Assembly (NCBI GenBank): GCA_963781585.1
Contig: CAWAGQ010000016.1
Coordinates: forward strand, 21,708-85,707
DNA length: 64,000 nucleotides
Reading direction: 5' to 3'
Origin: an uncultured Gemmatimonadaceae bacterium
GTDB lineage: Bacteria > Gemmatimonadota > Gemmatimonadetes > Gemmatimonadales > Gemmatimonadaceae
This document shows, in pieces, positions 28,601 to 38,782 of this stretch (positions are counted from its first letter, which is position 1; each line of letters begins with the position of its first letter). A model generated the notes under the pieces. That model was not told where the DNA came from. It made no database searches and saw only the letters and a program-made list of their open reading frames with translations. Made by a program: the position numbers and the translations under genes.

Positions 28601-30177
28601 CCGCGCGAGCGGGCGACCCGGCAGCGGTTCTCGCGGGCCCGCCCGCCGGCGCCGCCACCGTCGCACCCTCCCCCCACACGACGCGCGAGATCGCGCACTT
28701 CATCGGCGGCAGCGCCACCGGTGGGTCGAACGATCGCGCCGGTCCGGTCTTCGACCCGTCCACCGGCAACGTCACCGCACACGTGCGCTTCGCCTCAGCC
28801 GGCGACGTGGCCGCCGCGGTCGACAGTGCCCGGCACGCGTATGAGGAGTGGAGCGCGCTGTCTCCGCTGAAACGGGCGCAGGTGATGTTTCGCTTCCGGG
28901 AGCTCATCCAACAGGATGCCGATCACCTTGCGCACCTCATCTCCTCGGAACACGGCAAGGTACTCTCCGACGCGCGCGGTGAGCTTCAGCGCGGCGTCGA
29001 GGTCGTGGAGTTTGCCTGCGGCATTCCACACCTCCTCAAGGGCGAATTCTCCGCCGGCGTGTCCCGCGGCGTGGACATGTACTCGCTGCGCCAGCCGCTG
29101 GGAGTGGTGGCGGGTATCACGCCATTCAACTTTCCGGCGATGGTTCCGCTCTGGATGCTCGCGCCGGCCATCGCTTGCGGAAACACCTGCCTCCTCAAGC
29201 CCTCGGAAAAGGACCCCAGCTGTCCGGTGCGCCTCGCCGAGCTCCTTGTGGAGGCTGGAGCGCCGCCGGGCGTGCTCAACGTCGTGCATGGAGACCGCGA
29301 AGCGGTAAACGCGCTGATCGAACATCCCGCCGTGGTGGCGGTGAGCTTCGTCGGATCCACGCCGATTGCCCGACACGTGTACGCCACGGCGGCGGCGCAT
29401 GGCAAACGGGTCCAGGCGATGGGAGGTGCCAAGAATCATCTGGTGGTTTTGCCCGATGCCGACCTCGAACAGGCGGCCGATGCACTGATCGGCGCCGCCT
29501 TCGGCTCCGCCGGCGAGCGTTGCATGGCGGTCTCGGTGGCGGTGCCCGTGGGCGACGCCACGGCCGACGCGCTACGCCGATTGCTCGTGGACCGACTGGA
29601 GAACCTGGTGGTGGGCCCCTCTTCCGACCCGCGAGTCGACATGGGGCCCCTGGTCACCGCCGAGCACCGGGCACGGGTCGCGGAGTCCGTTGCCTCGGGC
29701 GCGCGCGAGGGTGCCGAGCTGGTCGTGGACGGACGGTCTGTCCGCGTGAGCGGTCACGAAAATGGCTTCTTTCTCGGCCCCTGTCTGTTCGATCACGTCA
29801 CCCGCCGGATGGGCATCTACGCCGAGGAGATCTTCGGGCCCGTGCTGTCGATCGTACGCGCTGGCGACTTCGATGACGCCATCGGGCTGGCCAGCGATCA
29901 TCGCTATGGCAACGGCGTCTCCGTGTTCACCCGCAGCGGCGCGGCAGCGCGTGATTTCGTCGATCGCGTCGAGGCCGGCATGGTGGGTGTCAACGTTCCC
30001 ATTCCGGTGCCGCTGGCCTTCTACTCGTTCGGCGGATGGAAGGAGTCGATGTTCGGCGATCACAACCAGCACGGCATGGACGGCGTCCGATTCTTCACGA
30101 AGGTCAAGACCGTCACCTCGCGCTGGCCGGCGGCGGCGCCCGGTGGATCGGACTTCTCGATGCCGACGCTGCGTTAG
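28597..30177 (+). CDS. mmsA: CoA-acylating (methyl)malonate-semialdehyde dehydrogenase
   Basis: ITPFNFPAMVP, LKPSEKDP, FVGST, MGGAKNH, GSAGERCMA, EEIFGP, GVNVPIPVP. Confidence 0.92.
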   Translation: MTARAGDPAAVLAGPPAGAATVAPSPHTTREIAHFIGGSATGGSNDRAGPVFDPSTGNVTAHVRFASAGDVAAAVDSARHAYEEWSALSPLKRAQVMFRFRELIQQDADHLAHLISSEHGKVLSDARGELQRGVEVVEFACGIPHLLKGEFSAGVSRGVDMYSLRQPLGVVAGITPFNFPAMVPLWMLAPAIACGNTCLLKPSEKDPSCPVRLAELLVEAGAPPGVLNVVHGDREAVNALIEHPAVVAVSFVGSTPIARHVYATAAAHGKRVQAMGGAKNHLVVLPDADLEQAADALIGAAFGSAGERCMAVSVAVPVGDATADALRRLLVDRLENLVVGPSSDPRVDMGPLVTAEHRARVAESVASGAREGAELVVDGRSVRVSGHENGFFLGPCLFDHVTRRMGIYAEEIFGPVLSIVRAGDFDDAIGLASDHRYGNGVSVFTRSGAAARDFVDRVEAGMVGVNVPIPVPLAFYSFGGWKESMFGDHNQHGMDGVRFFTKVKTVTSRWPAAAPGGSDFSMPTLR

Positions 30178-30250
30178 GCGGTCCTCAACACCTCCGGAAT
30201 CCGCTCATCGCACGGTCGCGCGAACCACGCCGCCCCAGGGGTGGCGACCG

Positions 30251-31597
30251 CTACTCGACGCGACCGAGGCTGGTCCGCACGATGTCCATGAGCTGGTCGA
30301 TCTGGGGACGGTCGATGATCAGCGGAGGGGAGAGCGCGATGATGTCTCCCGTGACGCGGATCAGCGCCCCTCGATTGAAGCAGTCGATGTGACAGTCGAG
30401 CGCCCGCGCCCCGGGCTTCCCGGGACGTGATTCGAGCTCGATGCCCGCCACCATGCCGACGTTCCGGATGTCCACGACGTGTGGCGCGCCGTGCAGGGAA
30501 TGCACGGCTTCCTCCCAGTACGGCGCCAGCGAGGCCGCGCGGGCGAACAGGTCCTCTTCACGGTACAGCGCGAGGGTGGCCAGCCCGGCGGCGCACGCCA
30601 GGGGATGACCCGTATACGTGTACCCGTGAAAGAACTCGATCCCCGATTCCACCGCATTCACCACCGTGTCGTAGATCTCGCCGCGGACGAACACGGCTCC
30701 GAGCGGCACGGCGCCGTTGGTGATCCCCTTGGCCGCCGTCATCAGGTCGGGACGGACGCCGAAGTACTGGGCACCGAATGCCGCGCCCAGACGCCCGAAT
30801 CCCGTGATCACCTCATCGAAGATCAGCAGGATGCCGTGGCGGTCGCAGATCTCGCGCAACCGCTCCAGATAGCCGAGCGGCGGCACCAGGACTCCGGTGG
30901 ATCCTGCCACCGGCTCGACGATCACGGCGGCGATCGTCTGCGCGCCGCGCTGCTCCACGATCTCCTCCAGCGCATCCGCCAGCACCGCGCCCTGGGCCGG
31001 CTGGCCTTTGGCGAACCGATTCCCGGCGATCCCATGGGTGTGCGGCAGGTGGTCCACCAGCGGAAGCAGCTGCGCCGCGAACGCCTTCTGGTTCGTCGCG
31101 ATCCCGCCGACCGAGATCCCGCCGAATCCCACGCCATGGTATCCCCGCTGACGGCCGACGAATCGCACGCGATCGGGCTCGCCCCGCGCCTGCCAGTACG
31201 CGAGGGCGATCTTGAGCGCCGAGTCCACAGCCTCCGATCCCGAATTGGCGAAAAAGACATGGTCGATACCGGGTGGAAGCATCTCGACCAGCTCGTGTGC
31301 CAGCTGGAAGCTGAGCGGATGGCCGAGCTGAAAGCTCGGCGCGAAGTCGAGCGTTGCCGCCGACTGCCGGATCGCTTCCACCACGCGATCGGGCGAGTGC
31401 CCCGCATTCACGCACCACAGCCCCGCCGTGCCGTCGAGGATCGCGCGTCCATCGGCCGACTGGTAGTACATGCCCCTCGCGGAAGCGAGAAGACGGGGCG
31501 CACGCTTGAACGCCCGATTCGCGGTGAACGGCATCCAGAGCTCTTCCAGCGAGAGCGCCGCGGTGGCGCGTTCCTGGGAGGCAAGAGTGGTCGGCAC
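30251..31597 (-). CDS. Omega-amino acid (beta-alanine)--pyruvate aminotransferase, class III
   Basis: WMPFTANRAFK, DGTAGLWC, YHGVGFGG, EPVAGSTGV, FDEVITGFGRLG, AKGITNG, HGYTY; GTG start after GGAG. Confidence 0.88.
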   Translation of the reverse strand: MPTTLASQERATAALSLEELWMPFTANRAFKRAPRLLASARGMYYQSADGRAILDGTAGLWCVNAGHSPDRVVEAIRQSAATLDFAPSFQLGHPLSFQLAHELVEMLPPGIDHVFFANSGSEAVDSALKIALAYWQARGEPDRVRFVGRQRGYHGVGFGGISVGGIATNQKAFAAQLLPLVDHLPHTHGIAGNRFAKGQPAQGAVLADALEEIVEQRGAQTIAAVIVEPVAGSTGVLVPPLGYLERLREICDRHGILLIFDEVITGFGRLGAAFGAQYFGVRPDLMTAAKGITNGAVPLGAVFVRGEIYDTVVNAVESGIEFFHGYTYTGHPLACAAGLATLALYREEDLFARAASLAPYWEEAVHSLHGAPHVVDIRNVGMVAGIELESRPGKPGARALDCHIDCFNRGALIRVTGDIIALSPPLIIDRPQIDQLMDIVRTSLGRVE

Positions 31598-31700
31598 GGG
31601 ACGGATCTCCGGCGAACGCGTTGACGAATGGACGAACGGCCTGATCAAACGCGATTATGGCGCCCGACGCCGCTGGGCGCCAGCGCCTAACGACTCCTGG

Positions 31701-32498
31701 TCAGGGCGGTGGCGCCCCGACCGCCTGGGGCGCCCCCCGATCCCGCAACCCGATGCGTTCCCGCACTCCGCGGTCGTCCCCGCTCTCGAGCCGCGTCTCC
31801 TCCTCGTGCTCCCGCTCGGCGACCCCGCGTTCGATGGCTTCCCGTTCCGCCCGGTACCGCTGGTACCACTCGCGGGTCACCTGACCGGCCAGCTCACGGT
31901 TCCCCAGACCGAACGCCAACGCCAGGCCAAACGCCACCGCCCCGAACAGGATGGCGAAGGCCGTGGTCACGATATCGGTGGCGATCCCCAGCTCCTGCAG
32001 CGCCATGAAAATCGACAGCATCACCACCCCCCACCGCCCAACTCGCGCCAGCGTGGGTGCGCCCTGCACCGCTCCGGCCGACGCCATGATCAGCCCACCC
32101 ACGAATCGCCCCAGCACGATTCCCACGATCATGATCACCACCGCCGACATCAGGCTCGGCAGGTACCCCACCAGCTCGCCGAAAACCCCCGCCAGCGACT
32201 CCATACCCAGCGTGTTCGCAGCCACAATGATCACCGCGAACATCACGATCCAGAACAGGGTTTTCCCGATGACGCGCGTCGCGTTGAAGTGCGCCCCACC
32301 GCGTTCCACCGCCTCCATCACCCCGCCGCGCTCCAGCAGGTCGTTCAGTCGGAGGCGGTGCAGCACCCGTTCGGCGCCTTTCTCCATCAGCTTGGCCAGC
32401 AGGTATCCGGCGAACAGGATGATGAGCGCGCCCAGCAGCGCCGGAATGACGTCGGCGAGCTGGGCGAAACTTCCCTGCAGGCGCTCGAGGAAGGACAC
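31701..32498 (-). CDS. Mechanosensitive-channel-associated TM-helix protein (CmpX-like)
   Basis: Repeated TM-helix units (IPALLGALIIL; YLPSLMSAVVI), ALAFGLG motif. Confidence 0.7.
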   Translation of the reverse strand: MSFLERLQGSFAQLADVIPALLGALIILFAGYLLAKLMEKGAERVLHRLRLNDLLERGGVMEAVERGGAHFNATRVIGKTLFWIVMFAVIIVAANTLGMESLAGVFGELVGYLPSLMSAVVIMIVGIVLGRFVGGLIMASAGAVQGAPTLARVGRWGVVMLSIFMALQELGIATDIVTTAFAILFGAVAFGLALAFGLGNRELAGQVTREWYQRYRAEREAIERGVAEREHEEETRLESGDDRGVRERIGLRDRGAPQAVGAPPP

Positions 32499-32547
32499 GG
32501 TCGGGCCTCGGTGGGGGTTCGGACAACCTGAAATCTATGAGGTCCGT

Positions 32548-32772
32548 TCAGTTTCGCGTGCCGCGCTTGCGGTCGAACAGCACACTGCGTCGGCACCGGG
32601 GGCAGATGAGCCACTCGCGCCGCCTGGCGTAGCCCAGTCCGAACGACCCCCCTCCGACGGCGCGCGTCGACAGCCGAACGTCGCACCGTGGACACCGGGT
32701 CCGTTCGCCCCGGCCGGCCGCTTCGCGGATGGCACGCTCCTCCTCGGCCGTGTACGCCACCGCATCCGTCAC
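32548..32772 (-). CDS. Small zinc-ribbon protein
   Basis: Two CPRC motifs in 74 aa; start overlaps thioesterase stop. Confidence 0.65.
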   Translation of the reverse strand: MTDAVAYTAEEERAIREAAGRGERTRCPRCDVRLSTRAVGGGSFGLGYARRREWLICPRCRRSVLFDRKRGTRN

Positions 32773-33155
32773 GCCCGAGCGCTCTCCAGCAGCCCGCGCA
32801 CGTCGTCCGGAATGGCCCGCGCCTGGCGAGCCGCGTAGTCGTAGTAGACCTGCACCGTCTTCCCTTCGGCGACCAGCCGTCCGTCACGGGTGTCGCGGAC
32901 GATGAACTTCCACACCCAGGCCTTGGTCCGGATCTCGTCGGTGATGATGTCGATCTCCAGCGGGTCACCGATCCGCGCCGGGCTGGCGAATCGAACGCTC
33001 GCTTCGGCCACCACGAATGGCGGATCGGGATCGCGTTTCCAGACTCCCGTCCACAGCAGGTGCTTGGCCGCCTCGAAGTAGGTCAGGTAGACGGCGTTGT
33101 TCACGTGCCCCTTGCTGTCGTAATCCGAGTATCGGGTGGTGACCGGAAACCGCAT
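32769..33155 (-). CDS. Acyl-CoA thioesterase (4HBT/YbgC hot-dog family)
   Basis: RYSDYDSKGHVNNAVYLTYFE motif. Confidence 0.88.
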   Translation of the reverse strand: MRFPVTTRYSDYDSKGHVNNAVYLTYFEAAKHLLWTGVWKRDPDPPFVVAEASVRFASPARIGDPLEIDIITDEIRTKAWVWKFIVRDTRDGRLVAEGKTVQVYYDYAARQARAIPDDVRGLLESARA

Positions 33156-33195
33156 CACGGGATCCTCACGATTGCGCTGTCGGAATGGTTGTCCA

Positions 33196-34236
33196 TCAGG
33201 AGATCCTCACCACCACCTTGCCGAACTGATTCCCCGACTCCAGGCGACCGAGCGCATCACGCCCCCGATCGAGGGAGTATACGGAATCGACGACCGGCGC
33301 CAGGCGCCCGGCCAGGAATTCCCTCGTGATCGCGTCGAATTCAGCGTTCGTCCCCATTGTCGACCCCATGATCGTCCATTGATTCCAGAACACCCGGCGC
33401 ACGTCCATCGTGACTACCGGCCCCGAGGTCGCCCCGCAGGTCACCAGGCGCCCCCGCCGCCCCAGTGCACCTAACGACTGACTCCAGGTGGCCTCGCCCA
33501 CGTTGTCGATGACCACGTCCACCCCGCGCTTGCCCGTGCGTGCACGAATTGCCTTGCCGAGATCCACGTCCGGTCCGTGGCGAAGTGTCTCGTCCGCCCC
33601 GATCGCCCTCGCCCGCGAGAGCTTCTCCTCGCTGTGCGACGTGACCCAGACGTGCGCGCCCATCGCCTTGCAGATCCGGAGCGCGGCCAGCGCCACGCCA
33701 CCGCCGATGCCCCAGATCAGCACCGTATCGCCGGCGCGAACGCGGGCGCGCGTCACGCACATCCGCCACGCCGTGAGGGTCGCCAGCGGAAACGCGGCCG
33801 CCGCCTCCATCGGGCTGTCCGGTGGAATGACGCGAACGTTTCCTTCCGGCACCACCACGTAGTCAGCGAGCGTGCCCGGCAGATGTTCGCCGAGGATGCG
33901 GAATTTCAGGCACAGGGGAGCCTCATCCGCCAGGCAGTACTCGCACCGGCCGCAGCCGATGCCGGGATTGATGATCACCGCGTCGCCCGGTCGCACCCGC
34001 TGCACCTCGCTCCCCACCACGTCGATCACGCCAGCACCGTCGCTGCCCAGCGTCCAGGGCGCCGAGAGCACGACGCCCGGCACACCGTGCAGCGTCCACA
34101 GATCCACGTGGTTGAGCGCCGCGGCTCGCAGGCGCACGCGAACCTCGTTCGGCTGCGTAATGGCTGGTGTCGGCAGGTCGTCACGCAGGCGAACCTGCTC
34201 CAGACCGCCGTGCCCGTCGATGGTGAGCGCTCGCAC
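33196..34236 (-). CDS. Zinc-binding MDR alcohol dehydrogenase / quinone reductase family
   Basis: ALNHVD, GSDGAG, CGRCEYC...C structural Zn site, GIGGGVA, CGATSG, FGKVV. Confidence 0.88.
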   Translation of the reverse strand: MRALTIDGHGGLEQVRLRDDLPTPAITQPNEVRVRLRAAALNHVDLWTLHGVPGVVLSAPWTLGSDGAGVIDVVGSEVQRVRPGDAVIINPGIGCGRCEYCLADEAPLCLKFRILGEHLPGTLADYVVVPEGNVRVIPPDSPMEAAAAFPLATLTAWRMCVTRARVRAGDTVLIWGIGGGVALAALRICKAMGAHVWVTSHSEEKLSRARAIGADETLRHGPDVDLGKAIRARTGKRGVDVVIDNVGEATWSQSLGALGRRGRLVTCGATSGPVVTMDVRRVFWNQWTIMGSTMGTNAEFDAITREFLAGRLAPVVDSVYSLDRGRDALGRLESGNQFGKVVVRIS

Positions 34237-34320
34237 CCGGTTCTTCTGCCGTTATATTGACCGTCGCCGGCGGCGCCACCGCCCGTGCGCGCGACCGCTC
34301 ACGCCCCCGCAACGCCCCGC

Positions 34321-35658
34321 ATGATCTCGATCAAAGTGCCCCCGCTCGGCGAGTCGATCGTCGAGGCAACGGTCTCCCGCTGGCTGAAGGAAGAGGGGGA
34401 CGCTGTGGCGCCCGGGGAGACGCTGGTCGAACTCGACACCGATAAGGTAACCGTCGAGGTCCCGGCCGCAAAAGCCGGTGTGCTCGTCAGGCGCTTGCAT
34501 CAGGAAGGCGACGTGGTCAAGGTCGAGGATCTCCTCGCTGAGGTCGATGACGCGGCGGCACCGGCGTCGATCGCCAGCCGCAGCAGCTCCGACGCCGCGG
34601 CACCCCCTGCCGTGACTGGAGAATCGCCGGGCCACGGTGACAGGGCCGGCGAGCCGCCCGCCGCCCGCCGCCAACCGGAAGCCGTTGCGGCAGTGAATGC
34701 CGCCGTGCGTGCCTCGCCGGGCGCGCGCCGCGCGGCCGCGGCCGCGGCGGTCGATCTCGCCGCGGTACCGGGGACCGGACGTGGCGGCGTGGTCAGCAAG
34801 CCGGATCTCGTCGACTACCTCCGGGCCGCGAAGTCCGCGGAGCCGGCGCCCGCAGGCGCACCACCCTCCCGGGGAGCACCGGACGTCGAGGTCGTGCGCC
34901 CGGAGCCGCCGAGGGCATTCCCGTCCATCATCGGGGTCCCGTACGCCGCCGGGGAGGGGGGCGATCGTGAGACACGCGAGCGAATGTCCACCCGCCGCAA
35001 GCGGATCGCCGAGCACCTCCTGGAAGCGCAGCACGCCACCGCCCACCTCACGACGTTCAACGAGATCGACATGTCAGCGGTGGAATTGCTGCGCAAGCGG
35101 GTCCGGGAGCGCATCGAGCAGGAGCACGGCGTACGGCTCACGTTCATGCCGTTCTTCGTGCGCGCCGCCTGCCTGGCGCTGCGCCAGTACCCGATGCTGA
35201 ACGCGCTGGTGGATGGCGATGAGATCGTGTACCGGCACTACGTCAACATGGGGATCGCGGTCGCGGCCGATGGCGGCCTGGTCGTACCGAACGTAAAGGA
35301 CGCCGACCGGAAGGGACTGCTGCAGATCGGTCAGGAGATCGCCGATCTGGCGGCCCGGGCTCGCGACGCCAAGCTCACCATGGACGACCTCACTGCGGGG
35401 ACGTTCACCATCACCAACGGCGGCGTCTTCGGCTCGCTGGTTTCGACGCCGATCCTCAACTACCCGCAGGTCGCCATCCTCGGCCTCCACAAGATCCAGG
35501 ATCGACCGGTCGCAATCGCGGGCAAGGTCGAGATCCGGCCCATGATGTACGTCGCGCTGTCGTACGACCACCGGATCATCGACGGCCAGTACGCAGTGCT
35601 CTTTCTCGTTAGGGTGAAGGAGCTCCTCGAGGACCCGGCCCTGATGGTCGTCGACTGA
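34321..35658 (+). CDS. sucB: Dihydrolipoamide succinyltransferase (2-oxoglutarate dehydrogenase E2)
   Basis: Lipoyl [13 protein letters not shown]3-binding [32 protein letters not shown]. Confidence 0.9.
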   Translation: MISIKVPPLGESIVEATVSRWLKEEGDAVAPGETLVELDTDKVTVEVPAAKAGVLVRRLHQEGDVVKVEDLLAEVDDAAAPASIASRSSSDAAAPPAVTGESPGHGDRAGEPPAARRQPEAVAAVNAAVRASPGARRAAAAAAVDLAAVPGTGRGGVVSKPDLVDYLRAAKSAEPAPAGAPPSRGAPDVEVVRPEPPRAFPSIIGVPYAAGEGGDRETRERMSTRRKRIAEHLLEAQHATAHLTTFNEIDMSAVELLRKRVRERIEQEHGVRLTFMPFFVRAACLALRQYPMLNALVDGDEIVYRHYVNMGIAVAADGGLVVPNVKDADRKGLLQIGQEIADLAARARDAKLTMDDLTAGTFTITNGGVFGSLVSTPILNYPQVAILGLHKIQDRPVAIAGKVEIRPMMYVALSYDHRIIDGQYAVLFLVRVKELLEDPALMVVD

Positions 35659-35993
35659 GCGCAGTGTCACGCTGTGGCCCCGGTGGACTCGCGTCGGTCG
35701 CGTCGCCCCGGGATTTCCAGCGCCCGCGGGATTCCCGCGCGACGCTCCCGCCCCCCAGCCAGTCCATTGGCGGCTGACACGCGCGGCGGATTAACGCGGC
35801 CGCACGCCGTGCGTCCAATCCGCTGCCCAATGGCGTGACCGAAACGTGACGACCGGTCACGCCGAGGACGAGTAAACCCTTTCCTCGCGTCAGGCATCCA
35901 AAGGTCGTGAAGGTGGGTGAGTCCGGCTGCTGGATGATGCGCTCGCTGACACTTTCCGGAAGTGCCGCCGTAGGGCGGTCATCGGAGCCTCAC

Positions 35994-36431
35994 ATGTCTG
36001 CCAAGTTCGCCTTTACGCCCATCCCCCCTGCTCGCAACGAGACGGCCCGGCACCCGGCCGCGGTCGACGCGCTCTCCGGAACCTGGCGGGGCCGGTTCAT
36101 CGATGACCAGAACGCGACCGAAACGTTCACCCTGCTTCGCGACAGATCGGTCGATGCGGCGGTCGCGGGACGCTTTCTCTTCTTCGCCACGCCTCGCATC
36201 GCCCCAACGGGGGTGAAGCTGCTTGAAGCCAATGACCGAGCCTTCGTCGCGCTCATCGGTCCGTATTTCGATCCGAAGGAGAATGCCGACGTGGTCACGG
36301 TGCTCGAGGGCCTGCGTCAGGACGCAACGATCGAGGGCACGTTCTACACGCGTCTGCACAGCTGGCGCGAGACCATCCGCACAGGACGCTTCGTAGCCAC
36401 GCGAGCCGATACGGCGCACCGCGCGGCATAA
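35994..36431 (+). CDS. Hypothetical beta-rich protein
   Basis: GGAG RBS; LSGTWRG...IGPYFDP; lies between sucB and lpdA. Confidence 0.65.
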   Translation: MSAKFAFTPIPPARNETARHPAAVDALSGTWRGRFIDDQNATETFTLLRDRSVDAAVAGRFLFFATPRIAPTGVKLLEANDRAFVALIGPYFDPKENADVVTVLEGLRQDATIEGTFYTRLHSWRETIRTGRFVATRADTAHRAA

Positions 36432-36543
36432 CACCAGGAGGGGCACCGCGTTCCTACGCGGTGGGGGAGCGGGTGTGGTCGCCAAGCGCGATCACACCCG
36501 CTAGTTTTTCCGGCCCGGTCGGTTCCCTCTTCCCCGCTCTGCA

Positions 36544-37953
36544 TTGCCTCCCGATTCTCTGCCGGCTGATGTCGTCATTCTCGGCGGCGGGCCCGGCGGA
36601 TACGTAGCCGCCATCCGGGCAGCCCAGCTCGGCTTGCAGACGGTCTGCGTGGAGATGGACCGTACCCTCGGCGGCACCTGCGTCAATGTCGGCTGCATTC
36701 CATCCAAGGCTCTGCTCCAGTCATCGGAGCACTACGAGTTCGCAGTGCTCCACGCGCTCGAGCACGGCATCGATTACGAGGCCGCCCGCCTGAATCTGGG
36801 ACAGATGCAGAAGCGCAAGGATCAGGTGGTGGCGCAGAACACCCGGGGCATCGAGTATCTGTTCCGGAAGAACCGGATCACCTGGGCGAACGGCCAGGGA
36901 ACGCTTCACCCCGGCAACATGGTCGAGGTTCACGGTGTGGACGGCACGACCACCCGCTATCAGGCGCGACACGTGATTCTCGCCACCGGGTCGGTTCCGG
37001 TCGAGCTCCCGTTCCTGCCCGTCGACGAAGAGCATGTGGTGTCGAACATCGGCGCGCTCCGGTTTGCGGCGGTGCCGAGGCACCTTGTCGTCATCGGAGC
37101 CGGCGCGGTCGGCCTCGAACTTGGCTCGGTCTGGCGCCGGCTGGGCGCGAAGGTCACGGTGGTCGAGTTCATGCCGACGATCCTGCCGGGCAACGATGAT
37201 GAGATCGTGCGTGAAGCGCAGCGCGTGTTTCACCGGCAGGGTCTCGAGATCCACGGCGCCGCGCGGGTGACCGGCGCCGAGTTCGATGCCGAGCGGATCG
37301 TCGTGCATGTCGAAGAGGAGGGCGCGGCCCGTACGTTCGACGCCGATCGCGTGCTCGTTGCGGTGGGCCGGCGGCCGGCCCTCACCGGCGTCGATGCGGT
37401 TTCCCTCGGGCTCGCCCTCGGGCCGGGTGGGGAGATCGTCGTCGACGACCGCATGCGCACCAACCTGCCTAACGTTTTCGCTATCGGTGACGTGGTCGGG
37501 GGCAGGCTCCTGGCCCACAAGGCGGAGGAGGAGGGCGTGGTGGCCGCGGAAGTCATTGCCGGCCTGCCCTCGCGCATGCACTACCACTCCATTCCCAATA
37601 TCGTCTACACCTGGCCCGAGATCGCGACCGTCGGCCTCACCGACCGCGAAGCGCGTGACGCCGGGCGCAAGGTTCGGGTTGGTCGCTTTCCGTTCTCCGC
37701 CAATAGCCGCGCCCGCACCATGGGAGAGTCGAGCGGATTCGTGAAACTCATCGCCGATGCGGACACCGACGAGCTCCTGGGGTGCCACATGATCGGCCCC
37801 AACGTGTCGGAGCTGATCGCCGAGATCGTGCTGGCGTTCGAGTATCGCGGCGCGGCGGAAGATGTCGGCCTCACCGTGCACGCGCATCCCACCCTGTCGG
37901 AGGCAACCAGGGAGGCCGCGCTGGCCGTGCTGGGGAGAGCCGTGCACATCTGA
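36544..37953 (+). CDS. lpdA: Dihydrolipoyl dehydrogenase (E3)
   Basis: GGGPGGY, GGTCVNVGCIPSK, LAHKA, HAHPTLSE; TTG start. Confidence 0.95.
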   Translation: MPPDSLPADVVILGGGPGGYVAAIRAAQLGLQTVCVEMDRTLGGTCVNVGCIPSKALLQSSEHYEFAVLHALEHGIDYEAARLNLGQMQKRKDQVVAQNTRGIEYLFRKNRITWANGQGTLHPGNMVEVHGVDGTTTRYQARHVILATGSVPVELPFLPVDEEHVVSNIGALRFAAVPRHLVVIGAGAVGLELGSVWRRLGAKVTVVEFMPTILPGNDDEIVREAQRVFHRQGLEIHGAARVTGAEFDAERIVVHVEEEGAARTFDADRVLVAVGRRPALTGVDAVSLGLALGPGGEIVVDDRMRTNLPNVFAIGDVVGGRLLAHKAEEEGVVAAEVIAGLPSRMHYHSIPNIVYTWPEIATVGLTDREARDAGRKVRVGRFPFSANSRARTMGESSGFVKLIADADTDELLGCHMIGPNVSELIAEIVLAFEYRGAAEDVGLTVHAHPTLSEATREAALAVLGRAVHI

Positions 37954-38026
37954 CCGCCGTTGCCGCGCCCCGCGCGGTGATCTGCTCCGCCCGCCTCGTT
38001 TCGGCTCTACCCGTCCTCCACCAACC

Positions 38027-38782
38027 GTGACCGCACCCTTCGCCTCCGTTCTCTTCGACTGCGATTCCACCCTCTCCACCATCGAGGGCATCGAGGAGCT
38101 GGCGGTCACGCATCGCGACGAGGTCAGCGCCCTCACACACGCGGTCATGGACGGGCGCGTTCCGCTCCAGGATGCCTACGGACGGCGGCTCGCGCTGATC
38201 CGTCCCACCCGCGCCGATCTCGATCGCCTCGCGCGCCAATACGTGGAATCCCTCGTCGACGACGCGCGCGCCGTGGTGGCCGGTCTGCAGGCACTGGGCG
38301 TCTCCGTGCGGATCATCTCGGGAGGGCTCCGGCCGGCTGTCCTCGCGGTCGCCCACGCGTTAGGTGTGGCGCCGCGCGACGTCGCCGCGGTCGATATCCG
38401 GTTCGATGACGCCGGCGCGTATGCCGGGTTCGACACGACGTCCCCCCTTGCGCGCGCCGGGGGAAAGCGCGACCTCATTGTGGCGTGGCAGGGATTGGAG
38501 CGGCCGGCCATGCTGGTCGGGGACGGGGCGACGGACCTCGAAGCGCGCGACGCGGTCGACTGCTTCGTGGCCTACGCCGGAGTGGCCGCCCGACCGGCCG
38601 TGGTCGCCGGCGCGGATGTCGTGGTCCGTTCCCGGTCCCTGGCACCGGTCTTCGCGCTTGCCCTCGGCGAGCAGAGACCTAACGATCCTCACTTCAACGA
38701 TCTCTACGATCGGGGCGTACGGCTCCTGCACGGCGCCGTCTCCGCTCCGGCCCGTCCGTCACCTTCTCGATCGCCTTCATGA
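38027..38782 (+). CDS. serB: HAD-IB phosphatase, phosphoserine phosphatase-like
   Basis: FDCDSTL, ISGG, GGK, VGDGATDLE; clustered with serA. Confidence 0.78.
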   Translation: MTAPFASVLFDCDSTLSTIEGIEELAVTHRDEVSALTHAVMDGRVPLQDAYGRRLALIRPTRADLDRLARQYVESLVDDARAVVAGLQALGVSVRIISGGLRPAVLAVAHALGVAPRDVAAVDIRFDDAGAYAGFDTTSPLARAGGKRDLIVAWQGLERPAMLVGDGATDLEARDAVDCFVAYAGVAARPAVVAGADVVVRSRSLAPVFALALGEQRPNDPHFNDLYDRGVRLLHGAVSAPARPSPSRSPS

